Origin: Octopus vulgaris
Lineage: Eukaryota
Assembly: GCA_951406725.2 (NCBI GenBank)
Contig: OX597816.1
Span: forward strand, 133,920,001-133,984,000
Reading direction: 5' to 3'
DNA length: 64,000 nucleotides
Below are positions 13,393-26,780 of this stretch, in pieces. The notes beneath the pieces are model-generated. The model saw only the letters and a program-made list of their open reading frames with translations, did not search any database and was not told where the DNA came from. Position 1 is the first letter of the stretch. Every line of letters starts with the position of its first letter. A program made the translations under genes and the position numbers.

Positions 13393-13604
13393 TTAACCCT
13401 TTAGCATTCAGATTACTCTGTCAAATATAATACTTATCCACATTGTTGTGCATTATCTTGTAGCTTTGAGATTTCGGTGGTGTGATGATTTATTTTAGAA
13501 TGATATTGTAAGGTTGGTGTGAGAGGCTAGATCCAGCTGATTTGAACATTAAATGGGTAGAATATTTGGGCCAGATGTGGTTAGTTTAAATGCTAAAGAG
13601 TTAA
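13393..13604 (+). mobile_element. TTAA-flanked MITE (piggyBac-type termini), family D
   Basis: TTAA-CCCTTTAGCATT...AATGCTAAAGAG-TTAA; copies at 28192-28413, 59727-59951 and 60828-61054, with fragments near 55380 and 56490. Confidence 0.85.
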
Positions 13605-14528
13605 AGAAGTAGAAGTTTTTCCTACATACATTAAAAAATGAAGAATAAGAGGGAAAAGAGAGGTTATACATGAAGACAACAAGTTTAGTTTTTTGTTTTT
13701 GCAAACAACAGATTAATCAAATCCATGATAGAAAAAAAGAATTAAGACCCAAGTTAGTAAGTTGAAGATGGTTGTTGATGTATGGGCTACACTGTTACAA
13801 CATTAAAAAATTCTCCATCAGATTTGGTCTATTTTTTTTTCATGAGCATTTCAGATTTTGTCTGAAGTAGAAGCCAAAGGAAGAGAAATTTGAGTCTCAA
13901 GGAGTGCCACTAGCTGCTGACCAAAACTGGTGCCAGTGGCTTTTGCCTTTTTATAACCCAGTGATTGTTGTGGAAAGGTATCAGTCATAGATTGATAACA
14001 ATAAAGATTTAAGGCTATAAACTAGCTGATGTACAACTGGTTAAGACCAGATATCATCATCTTTTAATGTCTGTCATGGATTGGGCAGTTTGACAGGTTC
14101 CAATGGATCTGAGGACTACATCATGTTCCAATGTCTGATTTGGCATGGTTTCTGTGGTGGATTGCTCTTCCAAACACCATTTACTTTACAGAGTAGCACC
14201 AGCATTAGTAAGGTCACCATGTAGCTTGTGAGACTAAAATCTTCATTAACTACTATGGTAGAGAGATAGGAAACTTTATGCCAGGTAATGAAAAGTTAGA
14301 GTATGAATGAAGGGGCTAGAACATTAAGTTTCTTACAGTAGAAGAAATACAATACAAGAGTAGGTGAAAGTAATCAGTGTGGAGCTGAAAAGAAAAATTA
14401 GGGTGGCAGTGACAAATTGTTCCAATGGGTTCTGGGTAAAGAACAGAAGAAAGGGTGACTGGGTAGAGTTTGCAAAACTATATGAAAGATGGTTAAAGAA
14501 GAGATAGGAGTGTGGATATACTAAATAA

Positions 14529-15128
14529 TGAGTGTGGCTGTGTGGTAAGAAGCTTGCTTTCTAACCACATGGTTCCAAGTTCAGTCTCACTGTGTGGCAC
14601 CTTGGGCAAGTATCTTCTTCAGCCTTGGGATAACCAAAGCCTTGAGAGTGGATTTGGAAGTTGGAAACTATTATGTATGTGTGTGTGTATATATAGACAT
14701 TGTTGTAGAGCTGAAAACGAGGTAATTTCTCCTCTTCTCCTCTGGAAGCCATCTACTCACAATACCAGAGGGCGCACACTCTCCTACCCTGATGTAATCT
14801 CCAGGGATACAGACATCCAGCAACAGGACCTCCGTAATGCTATGATGGACTGTGAAGTCTGGTGTAGCATGGTAAATTCCATTGTCTTGACCACGGTCGA
14901 ACAATGATGATGATGTTTGTTTATGTCTGTGTTTGTCACCAACCTCTACTTGACAACTGGTGTTGGTGTGTTTATGTTCCCATAACTTAGTGGTTCTCCA
15001 AAAGAGACCAATAGAATAAGTAAAAAAATAAAAGTACTGGAGTTGGTGAATTTGACTAAAATTCTTCAGTGCAGTAGTATCTCAGCATGGGCACAGTCTA
15101 ATGATTGAAACATGTAAAAGAATAAAAG
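14529..15128 (+). mobile_element. SINE family A with a nested RTE 3' end (14696-14915) in its microsatellite
   Basis: SINE head and tail flank HCCRAENEVISPLLLWKP...DLRNAMMD...TTVEQ* followed by tgatgatgat. Confidence 0.75.
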
Positions 15129-15689
15129 GGTTGAGACAGGTGTGGTGTTCAATGATAAATATGAGTTTGATGGTAAGTAGATGATGACTTGAGGTTAAGA
15201 AAGGTATAGAGATGAATGTAGGGAAATGTAGGGGAGGTTTGAGGAAGTAGGTGCTGACTGGCTGCACAGAAAGGTAAAGAGCATCAGAATAATAATAATA
15301 ATAATACAGTAGACAGGAGAAGGATGAAAGAGAGATGACATAGTTGGGAAGGTTGCAAGTGTGTGTAGAGAGAGGACATAGTACTTGGGGACAATGAGAG
15401 TTGTACGGCGGCGATACAGGCAAATCAAAAGGAAGCAGTTCAGTGGAGAGAGTGAGAGATGTATGGTAATAGGAGCAATAAAGGATGGATGTCAAGTGGT
15501 TGTACGTTGTATGAAATTTAAATAGTATCTCTGAAAAGATAAGACATGGAGTTCTGCTCTCATTTAATTACAGCAGCAGAATACTGCAGTCAGACAGTGA
15601 TAGAGAAATGAAAGGTGGAGGAGAAGGTTTGACAAGGAAACTTGGTGAGGGGTTCAATTGTGTATATTGATAATATACTTCCAGAATCT

Positions 15690-16780
15690 TAGTTCCACTG
15701 AGATGGGCAGGTTCTCTTGAGCACTGCATATCATCAGTCATCTTAGTCTTTTATCGTTTCCTCAGTGCAATTTAAAGTCCTGAGATCAGCCTTCACTACT
15801 TAGTCCTATATATTCCTGGGTCTCTCACTTCCACAAGTGAGTGGCACTTCTTTATACAGTTGTTCTCATCCATGTGCATTACATGTCTATACCAGTACAG
15901 TTTTCTCTCATCTGGTTCCTATTATGCCTAATTTTTCTCTCAACACATTTTTACCTTGTTATGTGCACTAATTGCACATCCAATGGAGCTTTCTAGCTTT
16001 GTTTCTTTTTGGTTTTCACATGTTCTCTGTATTCAGAGCCCATGTCTCACTCTCCTGTAGCATTGCTGTTCATACAATCTCCTTTCATTCTGCGAGAGAA
16101 AACTTATGTTATCAATGGAAGTAATAGTTCTCTGAAGCAAACCTGGAATCAAAATTTAATTTAGTTAAAGTCAACTTAACAAAGACTTCCATCAGGTAAA
16201 TGATTTTGCTTGATATGTTGAAGTGGAATTGATAGGAATCTTATACAGTGGAATCACAGGTTGATAGAGTAAGCAGACTTTGTAAGTAGCAGATGTGCAG
16301 GAACAATAAACACTAAAAGCACACAAAAAGTAGATTTCCTCAAATGATAAGTTTCTCTAGAAGTAGTTGATAGTTTCTGTTACTTAGGTGACCTTATTAG
16401 TTATAAGAGAAAGTGACCTAAAAGTATAGTAGCCAGAGTAAGAACAGGCTGGAGAAAGTTCATAATGCTGTTACTTCTGTTTTTAACAAAAACGTTTCTT
16501 TCTCAGAGTGAAGGGTAAACAAGGATTCTTGTGCATGAACTGCAATACTACATGATAGCGGGACATGTGAAGAATACAAAGAAATGAGACAAGCAGGCTC
16601 TGTTGGATGTGCAATGTCAATGTCCATGAATGATGGAGTACAAACATGTTGAGAGAAAAACTGGGCATAAAAGGAATCAGTTGTAGTGTGTAAGAGTCTG
16701 TTGTTAGGGGCATGTGATGTCGAAAGATGTGTACAGTATATAAGGAATGTGTAGAAGAGGGAGACCCAGGAAGACAGGAG
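15690..16780. mobile_element. Two degenerate RTE RT fragments in opposite orientation
   Basis: About 15690-16135 (minus) and 16200-16780 (plus) both resemble the RT C-terminus at 25470-25970. Confidence 0.6.
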
Positions 16781-19619
16781 CTTTTTTCACATTCTAATAA
16801 GAAATAGTTTGAGTCAGTTTTTAGGATTGGTAAACTTTTATAGTTGAAATTCAAATTTGTGCAAGAAAAATGTTGAATTTCAGAAAAGAAGTTCTATAAT
16901 TTTTGAAGTATTCTTGAAAGTGTGTGCACATACACACACACACTTATATTGATACCAGTAAAGATGTTACATTAACAACTGATGGTAGTGGGTAGTCTTA
17001 TTAGGAATTTTATCCCGAACTATATATGTCAAAGAGATTAACCAATAATTATCCAAATATCAAGAAGGAAACTTTCTTGAGTGTATGGATCATAAATTGT
17101 TCCCTGGCAGAAAATTCTTGCTTAGATCTGATCATAGACTAATTAATCTTTAATCCACATTAAAAGAACTCCCAAAACTTATATCTTTGTAAATCATACA
17201 GCTGACAGCATTTGATTAAGATATTGCACATGTCAAAGGACACAGTTTTTCACAGACATTCTCCCACTGTTGCATTTTAAAGGGCAACCGCAGTACACTA
17301 GTTCAGATAATGTTTAGGATAATTTCATATTCTAGATAGGAAGTATTCTATTAAATCTTCAGAGCCTACCTTCAGAAAGCGTGCATGATCTGATACTAGG
17401 CAAAATTCATTTCCAGAATGACAATATCTAGAGTAACTGCTCCAGTGCTGAGAGACAATATTAGTGTGTCAAACACAAACTCTAGAAAATGATGTTCTTT
17501 CCAATTTCAGTCTTATTGCTCTGCTCAAAGTATCCACAAGGTATATGATTTATAACTGTTCATTGTAGCATTAGAGGTATATGAAAGTTTGAAGCAGTGT
17601 GGCATGGCTATTCACATGCTGTAGAGGACTGCATACATAGATGTCATAAATGTGTAACAGTTATAAATTTCTTCAAAAGAGTAGGCTTTATTTGATTCCT
17701 GTAGTCTTGTACACATGGTTTATACCCATGTTAATGGTATCAGATTGCTGCTTATCGTGAATTCCATTTCAAGTGGCTAGAGGTTATTCATATTTCTAAT
17801 TGGAAGAGCTCAACCATAAAATAAGTGTTATGTATAATTTTCTCTCAGAATGGAGTAGTAAAAATTTTGGTGCCATATAATGCCCCAAAATTCCATGAAA
17901 GTAATATCTGTTCTTCAGAAAAGTTACTACTTTCCTTACAAAAATGATTCTATATTACCTGTATTTTCCTAATCAAAGAGAAAATTTGAATTAATTTTTA
18001 CCTGAATATTGTTCAGTTATCCTACTGTTTCACTTACTAACAGGCTACAAAGTCTTTCTGTATTAATGGAGTACCTTATTCCAACTTGGAAATTGTGAAC
18101 TTTGTGATGCAAATTAGAAACAACACTGTCACTATCACAAGGAATGGGACTGGGACCTGACTTATGCAGAAATCACTTGAAACAAATGTTGATGATGGTG
18201 CCTCTCCTGATTTCAAAAGTACTCATATTTATGGTGATGTGAGACAAGACAACAGCCTCAAGCCAGTAGTAAAAGAGTTCCTTGAGGTACTCAATCTACC
18301 TAGGGTTGTTAAACCATAACATTTCAAAGAAATATGAAGATACTGATGTTATATAGCATTATAATAGAACTATGAAATTGCTGTTATGAATAAATGGCTT
18401 TTCATACTTTGACAAACATCCAAAGCAAGTTATGTGACTAGGTAGTCAGTAATAAGTAGTTGTGAAGACAAGAAGGTCTGTAGTTTGACAAGTCAGGGTG
18501 TTAAAGTTAAATAGACTATATTGAATCTTCAGTTATATATGACGATTTGTTATATAATGTTCATCCATTCATCTCTCACTATTCCTGGAAAGGTTGTGAG
18601 GGTAGATTCTACAGGCACCTACTCCATAGGGTCCTATTAGAAGCAGTCATCATTACACTTTCCTGCTAGATGCTAAAGCATGACTAACTGAAACTATTGA
18701 TATTATTTAACATCTTGTTCTTGGTCTACTCTTAGGCCTAGAATCCATCTTGTGATTCTTTCCTGCAACATTCTAATCATCTTTGTAAATTATTTACATC
18801 ATAACAGGAAGTCGAGATGACTTTCACTAGTAAAAAATTGTCTTACACATGTGCACAACTTTTATAATGCTTACTGTTAGGTGAATTCAATAATAATAAT
18901 AATGTAGTCAAATTCATGTAGAATTATTCTTGGACACAATTTGAACCCTGTTATTTATGCTTCCAAGTCATGACTGAAAGTCTTTTTCTATAACTAGTTG
19001 AATCTATAACTAACCAGGACTAAGTAGAGTGCTTGTAGGTTATTATTTTGTACCCTTTCAGATAGGCTTTATTAAACTTGAGCTGATCATGTTAATTTTT
19101 TTTTTTGCTAGTTTTTCTTTTAGCTGTAAATTGAGATACCAAGTGAACATCATTTGTTAATTGTCAGTTAGATCATGTACAATCCTAAGAGTAAATCTTT
19201 TTAAGCCTCTACTTTTAATTAGATGTGGAGTAGATTGGCAGTAACAAAATGCCCAAGAAGCAATTATTAATTAGATAAACCCTAATAAAGGGAGAAAATA
19301 AACAGATTACTGGGCCTGGGAAAACTTATCCAAGTTCAACAATTGATTTATTAAGAACAGGCATTTATATTACAGGTTGGACAGCACAATGGGCATATTT
19401 ATCCTCTTTGCTACTCCTGTCATTAATTTATCAATGTTTGTTCTTTGTAGCCTTTGCATCAAAGTCTAATGGTATCTTCATGTTTAGTCTGAGTTGATTG
19501 ATGTCATATTATTGGTTATTTAGGGAATTAAATACAGAGTAATGCCTAAGAATTTCAAACATTTCATTGTTATTTAGCTTATCAGATTTGACAAAAAAAA
19601 GTTCTTTATATGTTTAGAA

Positions 19620-19943
19620 GAGTGGTTCTCAACCATTCTTTGTCTATGGACCTCTTTAATTTAGTTACATTCTGGTGCCCATCCTCATTCTGTAGCCATT
19701 TGATGTTTAAAAACTAGTTTTATCGATACTTATTTCAAAATTCCTCTTTCACATTGTACACATCAATTTGTATTGGTTGAACTATGTAAAACATTAGAGC
19801 AAGAAACCTGTTTCTTGTGATAAATACTTTTAAAGCAAAATTTTTTCATGGACTCTTAAAAATATTGTTGTGGATCTCCAATTTACTATCTTGTATGCGT
19901 GGAACTCCAAAAATCTTATATGGACCCTGGTTGACAAACACTG
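19620..19943. mobile_element. hAT (Charlie-type) MITE
   Basis: Termini (g)AGTGGTTCTCAACC...GGTTGACAAACACTG with an exact 8-bp TSD GTTTAGAA at 19612-19619 and 19944-19951. Confidence 0.88.
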
Positions 19944-19992
19944 GTTTAGAATTTTAGATATGAACAGATTTTAACATGTTTAATTGGTTTAA

Positions 19993-20220
19993 TTAACACT
20001 TTTGTTATTGTATTTATTTTGAGATGCTCTGTGTTTCTTTCAATTACTTTAAATATAACAATGAATTTAGTAAAATAACTTCGTTATCATTCAGCTAGTG
20101 TTAGGAACATAAATTGTGACTAAGGTTTGGTGGAAGGTTTTAATTCAAAACTTATGAAAATAAGACATTTGTACTCAGAGCCAGAGCCAGTTTCAGCTGG
20201 GTTAGTAACGAAAGGTTTAA
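19993..20220 (+). mobile_element. Second TTAA-flanked MITE family (E)
   Basis: TTAACACTTTTGTTA...TAACGAAAGGTTTAA; relatives near 21735-21930 and 32655-32862. Confidence 0.7.
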
Positions 20221-20428
20221 ACCAATTGTTGTTAGCTATTAAAGAAGCTACTCCTATGAGACAGATGTTTTAATGGACTGCTGTCCATCAAAAGTTGATA
20301 TAAAATGAACGTTCACTAAGTATAATGATAAATTGTCTTCTAATTTTGTTTAAGAAATTTGCATGTAATATTCTATCAATTCATATTTTTTAAATATTGC
20401 TCTAAATGTCACTATTTCTATTTTGTAG

Positions 20429-20777
20429 CCCATGGTGTGAAAGATGTGTTCGTAAGGCTGTCAATAGTATTGCAAATAAAAAGTGCTTTTCAACTGTTGC
20501 ACATGCCACTATGAAACCTGCATATGTAAAGCCTCTTCATTCCATCAGATTACTGGGATCACTCAGAATCATTCGCCATCCTATTTTGTCTCGTAGCCTT
20601 CATGGAAATTTGTACTCTCAGCAGATGGTTTTCAAACCTCTTCTTCGAGCGTCTAAACCAGTTGCTGTTTCAAGTTCTCGACAGATAGGCATCATTATTA
20701 GAATTGCAGGCCGTCTTTTGAAAGTGCGGTATATACTTGTTGGTGGAACAATTGGTGGAGGCTATACTATCTCAAAA
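20429..20777 (+). CDS. OPA1: OPA1 exon 2: basic mitochondrial presequence plus TM anchor
   Basis: ttttgtag|C...AAA|gtaagt; PWCERC... and LLKVRYILVGGTIGGGYTISK (human [21 protein letters not shown]). Confidence 0.93.
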
Positions 20778-21947
20778 GTAAGTTTGCATGAAAATGCTTT
20801 TTTTTTGTTGTTCTTTTTCTCTTTTAGAGGAATAAATGATCAACTTGTGCATATGTGACCAGCTGCTAAATGCTTAAGATGCTGGAATAATGGTTTAGAG
20901 ACTTCTGGCAGTTTGCTGTGCTTGTGAAGACATGTCAAGCAAAGTAAAATTGTGGTTGTTTTTGCATACAGGCATGCCCCCCACATCCCTTTTCAGCTGA
21001 GCAATACCTAATCTTGCGGGCTCATGGGCACTGATACTATGTAAAAAAGCACCCATGCCAGTGTTATGTAAAAGCGCCTGTGCCAGTGCTGCATAAATAC
21101 ACTCAGTACACTCTGTAAAGTAGTTGGCATTAGGAAGGGCATCCAGTTATAGAAACCATGCCAGAACAGACATGGAACCCAGGCAGTTCTTCAGCTGGCC
21201 AGCTCCTGTCAAATCATCCAACCCATGCCAGCATGGAAAATGGATGTTAAGTGATGATGATGAATATGGTCATTTTGTTGTGATTTTAGGTAAAATACAT
21301 GATTTCACATGTCTCAATTTACTAAAGACAAATTGCCTACTCTTTGGATTATGGAAAGACTTTACTTTTGTTTTTACAATCTGAAGGAATATTTAAGTTT
21401 TTATAACCATCTGAGACTAAGAAAACTGTATGTAAATGCTTTAGATAGTAGTTCCTTTAATAGATATGGTGTACTTAAAATCTGTGTGTATTGAGTTTAA
21501 GACAGAAGCCTCAAACTAAGCTACTGAATTGCCATAATGATTTAATGACATTTCACATTCCCATAATTAACTAATTTGTGAACAAATTGAAGTTTCTGCT
21601 ACAAAGAATGAAGTCATTTTCACTTCCCACTCACCAATCCAGATTTTATCACTAGTTCTTACTGAGATCATTAACTATTCCATTCAGGCTGAACTATCTC
21701 AGTTTATTTCATACCATTTTATGCTTAAGTTGATTAACCCTTTTGTTACTATATTTCTGTTGAATTATTCTACCTTCATTTTTAAAGAATGAAAAATTTA
21801 GTAAAAACACTTCGTTGTTAAGTTTTTTTTCTTTTGGAACATAAATTGAAATTTTTATAAGTTTTGATTTAGATTATTTTAAAACATCAAGTTTGCATTA
21901 TAGGGCTAGAAGCAGTCCCAGGCATAGAAAGGTGGCATAAAATGATA

Positions 21948-21991
<44 letters not shown>

Positions 21992-22096
21992 CATAGGCAT
22001 AGTTGTATGGTTAAGAAGTATGCTTTACAACCAAGTAGTTTCAGGTTTAGTCCCACTCCCAGCTTGGGTAAGGGTTTCCTACTATAGCTCCAGGGT

Positions 22097-22135
<39 letters not shown>

Positions 22136-22877
22136 ATGCTGAGGTTTTACTTGTCACCATTTGTGTGGCCCTTTGGTACATACATTATGACCAGTGACTC
22201 TGCACTTTTGAAGACCTGTAAAATGTATCCATTATCTGAAAAACAGATGAAGGTTAGCAACAAGAAAAGCATCCAGCTATAAATCCCAAATCAAAAATCA
22301 CATTCCTGTCCAGTGCATATTTTTATGGGAAAATGTATTTAAGCAAACAAATGGATGATACATGTTTTTTATAAATTAGTGTAAGAGTGTGGATGGCTAA
22401 TTATATAGAGTAGCATGCAACCAGTTAAGAGATCAGTGGTTCATATTACATTATCAGCACACTGTTAGATCTGGGGTTAGGACACTTAACTATCAAACAG
22501 ACCAGCATTGTACAAGATGCATAAGCTTCATACAACGTACCCTTCACTCTAACTTTTCCTACCCTATGTTATCTTTAATTATTTTGTATATTAGTAAAAT
22601 ACAAGATTCATTGATTATCAAAATGACCTTTTTTTGCCATGATATTGATTTGTTATGAAGTAGTGCATGAAAAATCTATGAAAGTCTATATAATGGACAG
22701 GATATATAAGTAGCGTAGTGTCTCTTACTGGGGCAGGGGTGCTGTGAAAGGAGGGACGACGACATATTACCATGTTTAATAAAATTGATAGTTTTACACT
22801 TATCCAACATTATGGCAAAGAAAGAAGTTTTGCATAGATGCAAACCTTATTTTGTCTTTTCACTAATAAAGGTTGAA

Positions 22878-23195
22878 TGAAGGTCTGTGGCTTAGTGGTT
22901 GGGTATTCAGCTCACAATCACAAGGTCATGAGTTTGATTCCCAGTGGCACATTGCGTTCTTAAGCAAGATACTTTATTTCATGTTGCTCCAGTCCACTCA
23001 GCTGGCAAAAATAAGTAGTACCTGTATTTAAAAGGGCCAACCTTGTCACATTGTGTTACACTGAATCTCCCTGAGAACTACATTAAGAGTACATGTCTGT
23101 GGAGCGTTCAACCACTTGCACATTAATTTCACAAACAGGTTCTGTTGATCAGATCAACTCAGACCCTTGTCATCATAACTGACAGAGTGCCAGTT
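22878..23195 (+). mobile_element. tRNA-derived SINE family F (Meta/V-like ttgtgtccttgagcaagacact core)
   Basis: A-box tggcttagtgg, B-box gagtttgattccc; copy at 59426-59705, head-only copy at 56153-56218, relatives at 38225-38485 and 61900-62140 (minus). Confidence 0.75.
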
Positions 23196-23604
23196 TTTTT
23201 TAAATAGCAGTTGGGGTGGAAGCAAAAGAATATCATTAATATTTTTTGATGAGGATCTATTTTTGGTAGCATGAAAACCACTGAAATAGAGGCTATTTAT
23301 ATATACAGTTGTCAAATTCAAATTATTATAATTGTTTTCATATATTGTGGCAAACTAAAGATTGCAGTCATTATCAGCAACTCTAGGTCTTTCTGCCTTT
23401 AATTTCAGTGATGGGCAAACTGCACTCCATGGGACTTTCTGAATGGCATACTAATGAAAAATTACTATAGATCCTTTAGTAGTGTGACCTGCCTAATGAT
23501 GAGCCATGTCTCATGCAGCTTGCATTTTCAAAATGGCTGCCTATTCTTGTTTTAGTTCCTCTGTCATATTGTTGAAACAGAAGTTAATTAAAATAAAAAT
23601 GTCA

Positions 23605-23980
23605 TAGGAGTGACTGTGTGGTAAGTAGCTTGCTTACCAACCACATGGTTCCAGGTTCAGTCCCACTGTGTAGTACCTTGGGCAAGTGTCTTCTACTATA
23701 GCCTCAGGCTGACCAAAGCCTTGTGAGTGGATTTGGTAGACAGAAATTGAAAGCCCGTCGTATTTATGTATATGTATGTATATGTATATGTATATCCCCC
23801 CAACATCACTTGACAACCGATGCTGGTGTGTTTACATCTCCGTAACTTAGCGGTTCAGTGAAAGAGACTGATAGAATAAGTACTAGGCTTACAAAGAATA
23901 AGTCCTGGGGTTGATTTTCTCGACTAAAAGCAGTGTTCCAGCATGGCCACAGTCAAATGACTGAAACAAGTAAAAGAGTA
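23605..23980 (+). mobile_element. Full-length tRNA-derived SINE family A (CORE-like accttgggcaagt)
   Basis: tRNA-like head, internal TA/TG microsatellite, tail ...aaatgactgaaacaagtaaaagag; other copies near 4496, 21990, 24730, 41000, 44570, 46345 and 47073. Confidence 0.85.
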
Positions 23981-24227
23981 TTAAACCTTTAATGTAATGT
24001 ACAGCTCTATAAAACTCTCTATACTGTACACTCTGTAAAGTGTTTGACATTAGGAAGGGCATCTAACTGGAGAAACCATGCCAAAGAAGATATTGGAGCT
24101 CAGCGCAATCTTTTGGCTCATTGGATCCTATTAAACTGTCCAACCCATGCTAGCATGAAAGATAATGATGAAAATCATGATGGTATGTGTAATCTGTTTT
24201 GCTTTTTTACTCTTTTTTTTCCTTCAG

Positions 24228-24368
24228 AAATATGAAGAATTCAAAGATCAGCTTCCAGATACTAGTTGGCTACATGATTATTTGCCAAAACAGGAACATA
24301 TTGACAAGTTGAAAGAATTAACTGCTTCATTTCGAGAGCAAACCTCTCAGATTAAACTGCCTGAGTTG
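24228..24368 (+). CDS. OPA1: OPA1 exon 3
   Basis: ccttcag|AAA...TTG|gtaagt; KYEEFKDQLPDTSWL...IKLPEL, 141 nt, phase 0-0. Confidence 0.9.
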
Positions 24369-25469
24369 GTAAGTTGAAAGCTTATTTGGTTTCATACTTG
24401 TTATTCACTCGTTTATAAAAATGAAATCACATTACTTGTATGTTAAAAAGAAAAAAAAATTATAACTTTCTAAGAATCTGACTTTTCCAAATTAGCAACT
24501 GACAGAATTATGTGAAACCATAATATTACTAAAAGGTAGCAATGCTGTACAGTTAGGAGCAAAAAAGAAAAAAAAATCACTAAAAACTCAGAAGCAATAT
24601 TGGTCTTTTTATCAAGATTTCAGAGCATCAGCATTGTTGGGGTAGCCCACTCAAAACACTGAGATTAATTTACTGTTCTGTAATTTAATTTTAGACACTC
24701 AACCATTCATTCATTGACAAAAAAATATTTGGCATGGCTGTGTGATTAAGAAGTTTGCTTCCTAACCTTGTGGTTTCAGTTTCAGTCACTCTGAGTGGCA
24801 CCTTGAACAAGTGCATTCTACTTTATCTTTGAGCAGACTAAAGACTTTGAGTGGATTTCATTGACAGAAACCGAAAGATATCTGTTGTGTGTGTATGTAT
24901 TTTTTTATCTGTGTTCTCTTATCTGGACATTACATGATGGTTGTAAATGAGCATCACTGTCATACAAGCAACATGTTCTCTAGGAACATGTCAGAACATG
25001 GGAAATACTACCTTACTTGGAAACAAGTAAGGGTTGGCAACAGGAAGGGCATCTGACTTTGGAAAATCTGCCTTAACAAATTCCCTATAACTCATACAAG
25101 CTTGTAAAGGCAAGACATTAAATAATGTTGATGATGATGATGATTACTCAAACCTCTTTCTTAAAATATTTTTTTGCCATAGTTTGAACATGTGTGCTGT
25201 ACAGCTTATTACAATTCATCTTAATTCTGTCATCATGTCTGAAGCTCGGCACTCTGAGATCAAATGCACCATTTCTGCTTATATTTTCTCCATTCTTTCT
25301 TTTCTGTAGATACCTTTAATGATCAAACCAAGAAAACCATGTTGTCATTGGCTTTTTTTTCAATTATTGACAGTGTTGATAACAATTTCTGACAAACATA
25401 TCGATATTATTTTCTCTCCAGTAAAAATTAAGTGCAAACAGTGAACTGTTAAATTATTTCTGTTTTTTA

Positions 25470-26443
25470 TCATGAAAGTGTAGCTGCTAGAATAAGAATA
25501 GCCTGGGCAAAGTTCAGAGAGCTCTTACCTCTGCTGGTGACAAAGGGCCTTTCACTCAGAGTAAAAGGTAGATTGTATGATGCATGTGTATGAACAGCCA
25601 TGCTACATGGCAGTGAAACATGGGCCGTGACTGCTGAGGACATGCCTAAGCTCACAAGGAATGAAGCCAGTATGCTCCGCTGAATGTGTAATGTCAGTGT
25701 GCATACTCAGCAGAATGTAAGTACCTTGAGAGAAAAGTTGGACCTAAGAAGCATCAGATGTGGTGTGCAAGAGAGACGACTGCACTGCTATGGTCATGTG
25801 GCAAGAATGGATGAGGATAGCTGTGTGAAAAAGTGCCACACCTTAGCAGTTGAGGGAACCTGTGGAAGGCTAGACCCAAGAAGACCTGGGATGAGGTGGT
25901 GGAGCATGACCTTCAAACATTAGGCCTCACCTGAGCAATGACTAGTGACCGAGACCTTTGGAAATATGCAAATTCGATGACTGGCATCCATGCTAGTGGA
26001 GCGCTAAGAGCACCATTTGAGCATTATCATTGCCAGAGCAGCTGACTGGCTTCTGTGCCAGTGGCACATAAAAAGCAGCATTCGAGCGTGATCGTTACGA
26101 GCGTCGCCTTACTGGCACTTGTGCCGGTGGCATGTGAAAAACATTTGAGCGAGGTTGTTGCTAGTGCCGCTGGACTGGTTCCTGTGCAGGTGGCATATAA
26201 AAAAACATCATTTGAGCGTGGCTGTTGCCAGTACCACCTGACTGGCCCTCATGCCAGTGGCACGTAAAAGCACCCACTACACTCTCGGAGTGGTTGGCGT
26301 TAAGAAGGGCATCCAGCTGTAGAAACTACCAGATCAGATTGGAGCCTGGTGCAGCCATCTCGTTTGCCAGTCCTCAGTCAAATTGTCTAACCCATGCCAG
26401 CATGGAAAGCGGACGTTAAACGATGATGATGATGATAATGATA
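25470..26443 (+). mobile_element. 5'-truncated RTE-clade LINE (RT C-terminus, 3'UTR, (GAT)n tail)
   Basis: ESVAARIRIAWAKFRELLPLL...MLHGSETW...LRSIRCGVQERRLHCYGHVARM with in-frame stops. The same tail occurs near 20900-21263, 24025-24183, 41840-42060 (minus) and 63225-63410. Confidence 0.88.
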
Positions 26444-26686
26444 TTCTCAAGCATACAAGTCAATGTCATACATAGTGTAAATTTGTAGTGTAAGCATTCA
26501 AATATTGACACTATCTTTCTAAATCCTGTTGTATTTCACAATTGTCTTGTGTAAGTGGACATATCTTTTTCTTTTTCTTTTTTTTTTTGTAGCTGTAAGT
26601 TTACATGTGAAAAATCCAACTTATATGCTGGAAAATATATCTTTATCTGTGTTTGAATTGAACTAATTCTGTTGCTGTTGTTATAG

Positions 26687-26780
26687 GAATTTTTGAATGA
26701 GGACAACGTTAAAAATTTCCCATCTGCTGAAATCATGTTTGAGGAAATGGACCAAACGTCTTTTGATCGTTCAACTCCAG
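26687..26780 (+). CDS. OPA1: OPA1 linker exon
   Basis: gttatag|GAA...CCAG|gtatag; EFLNEDNVKNFPSAEIMFEEMDQTSFDRSTP; supplies the required phase 0-to-1 change. Confidence 0.78.

Noticed and set aside
14512-15495. Several 60-137 aa ORFs here and similar ones elsewhere in the ORF track
   Set aside because: They fall in SINEs, LINE tails, microsatellites or purine-rich tracts and lack splice or homology support.
20406-20858. 150-aa ORF as a standalone gene
   Set aside because: It is OPA1 exon 2 plus intronic flanks; splice sites lie at 20429 and 20777.
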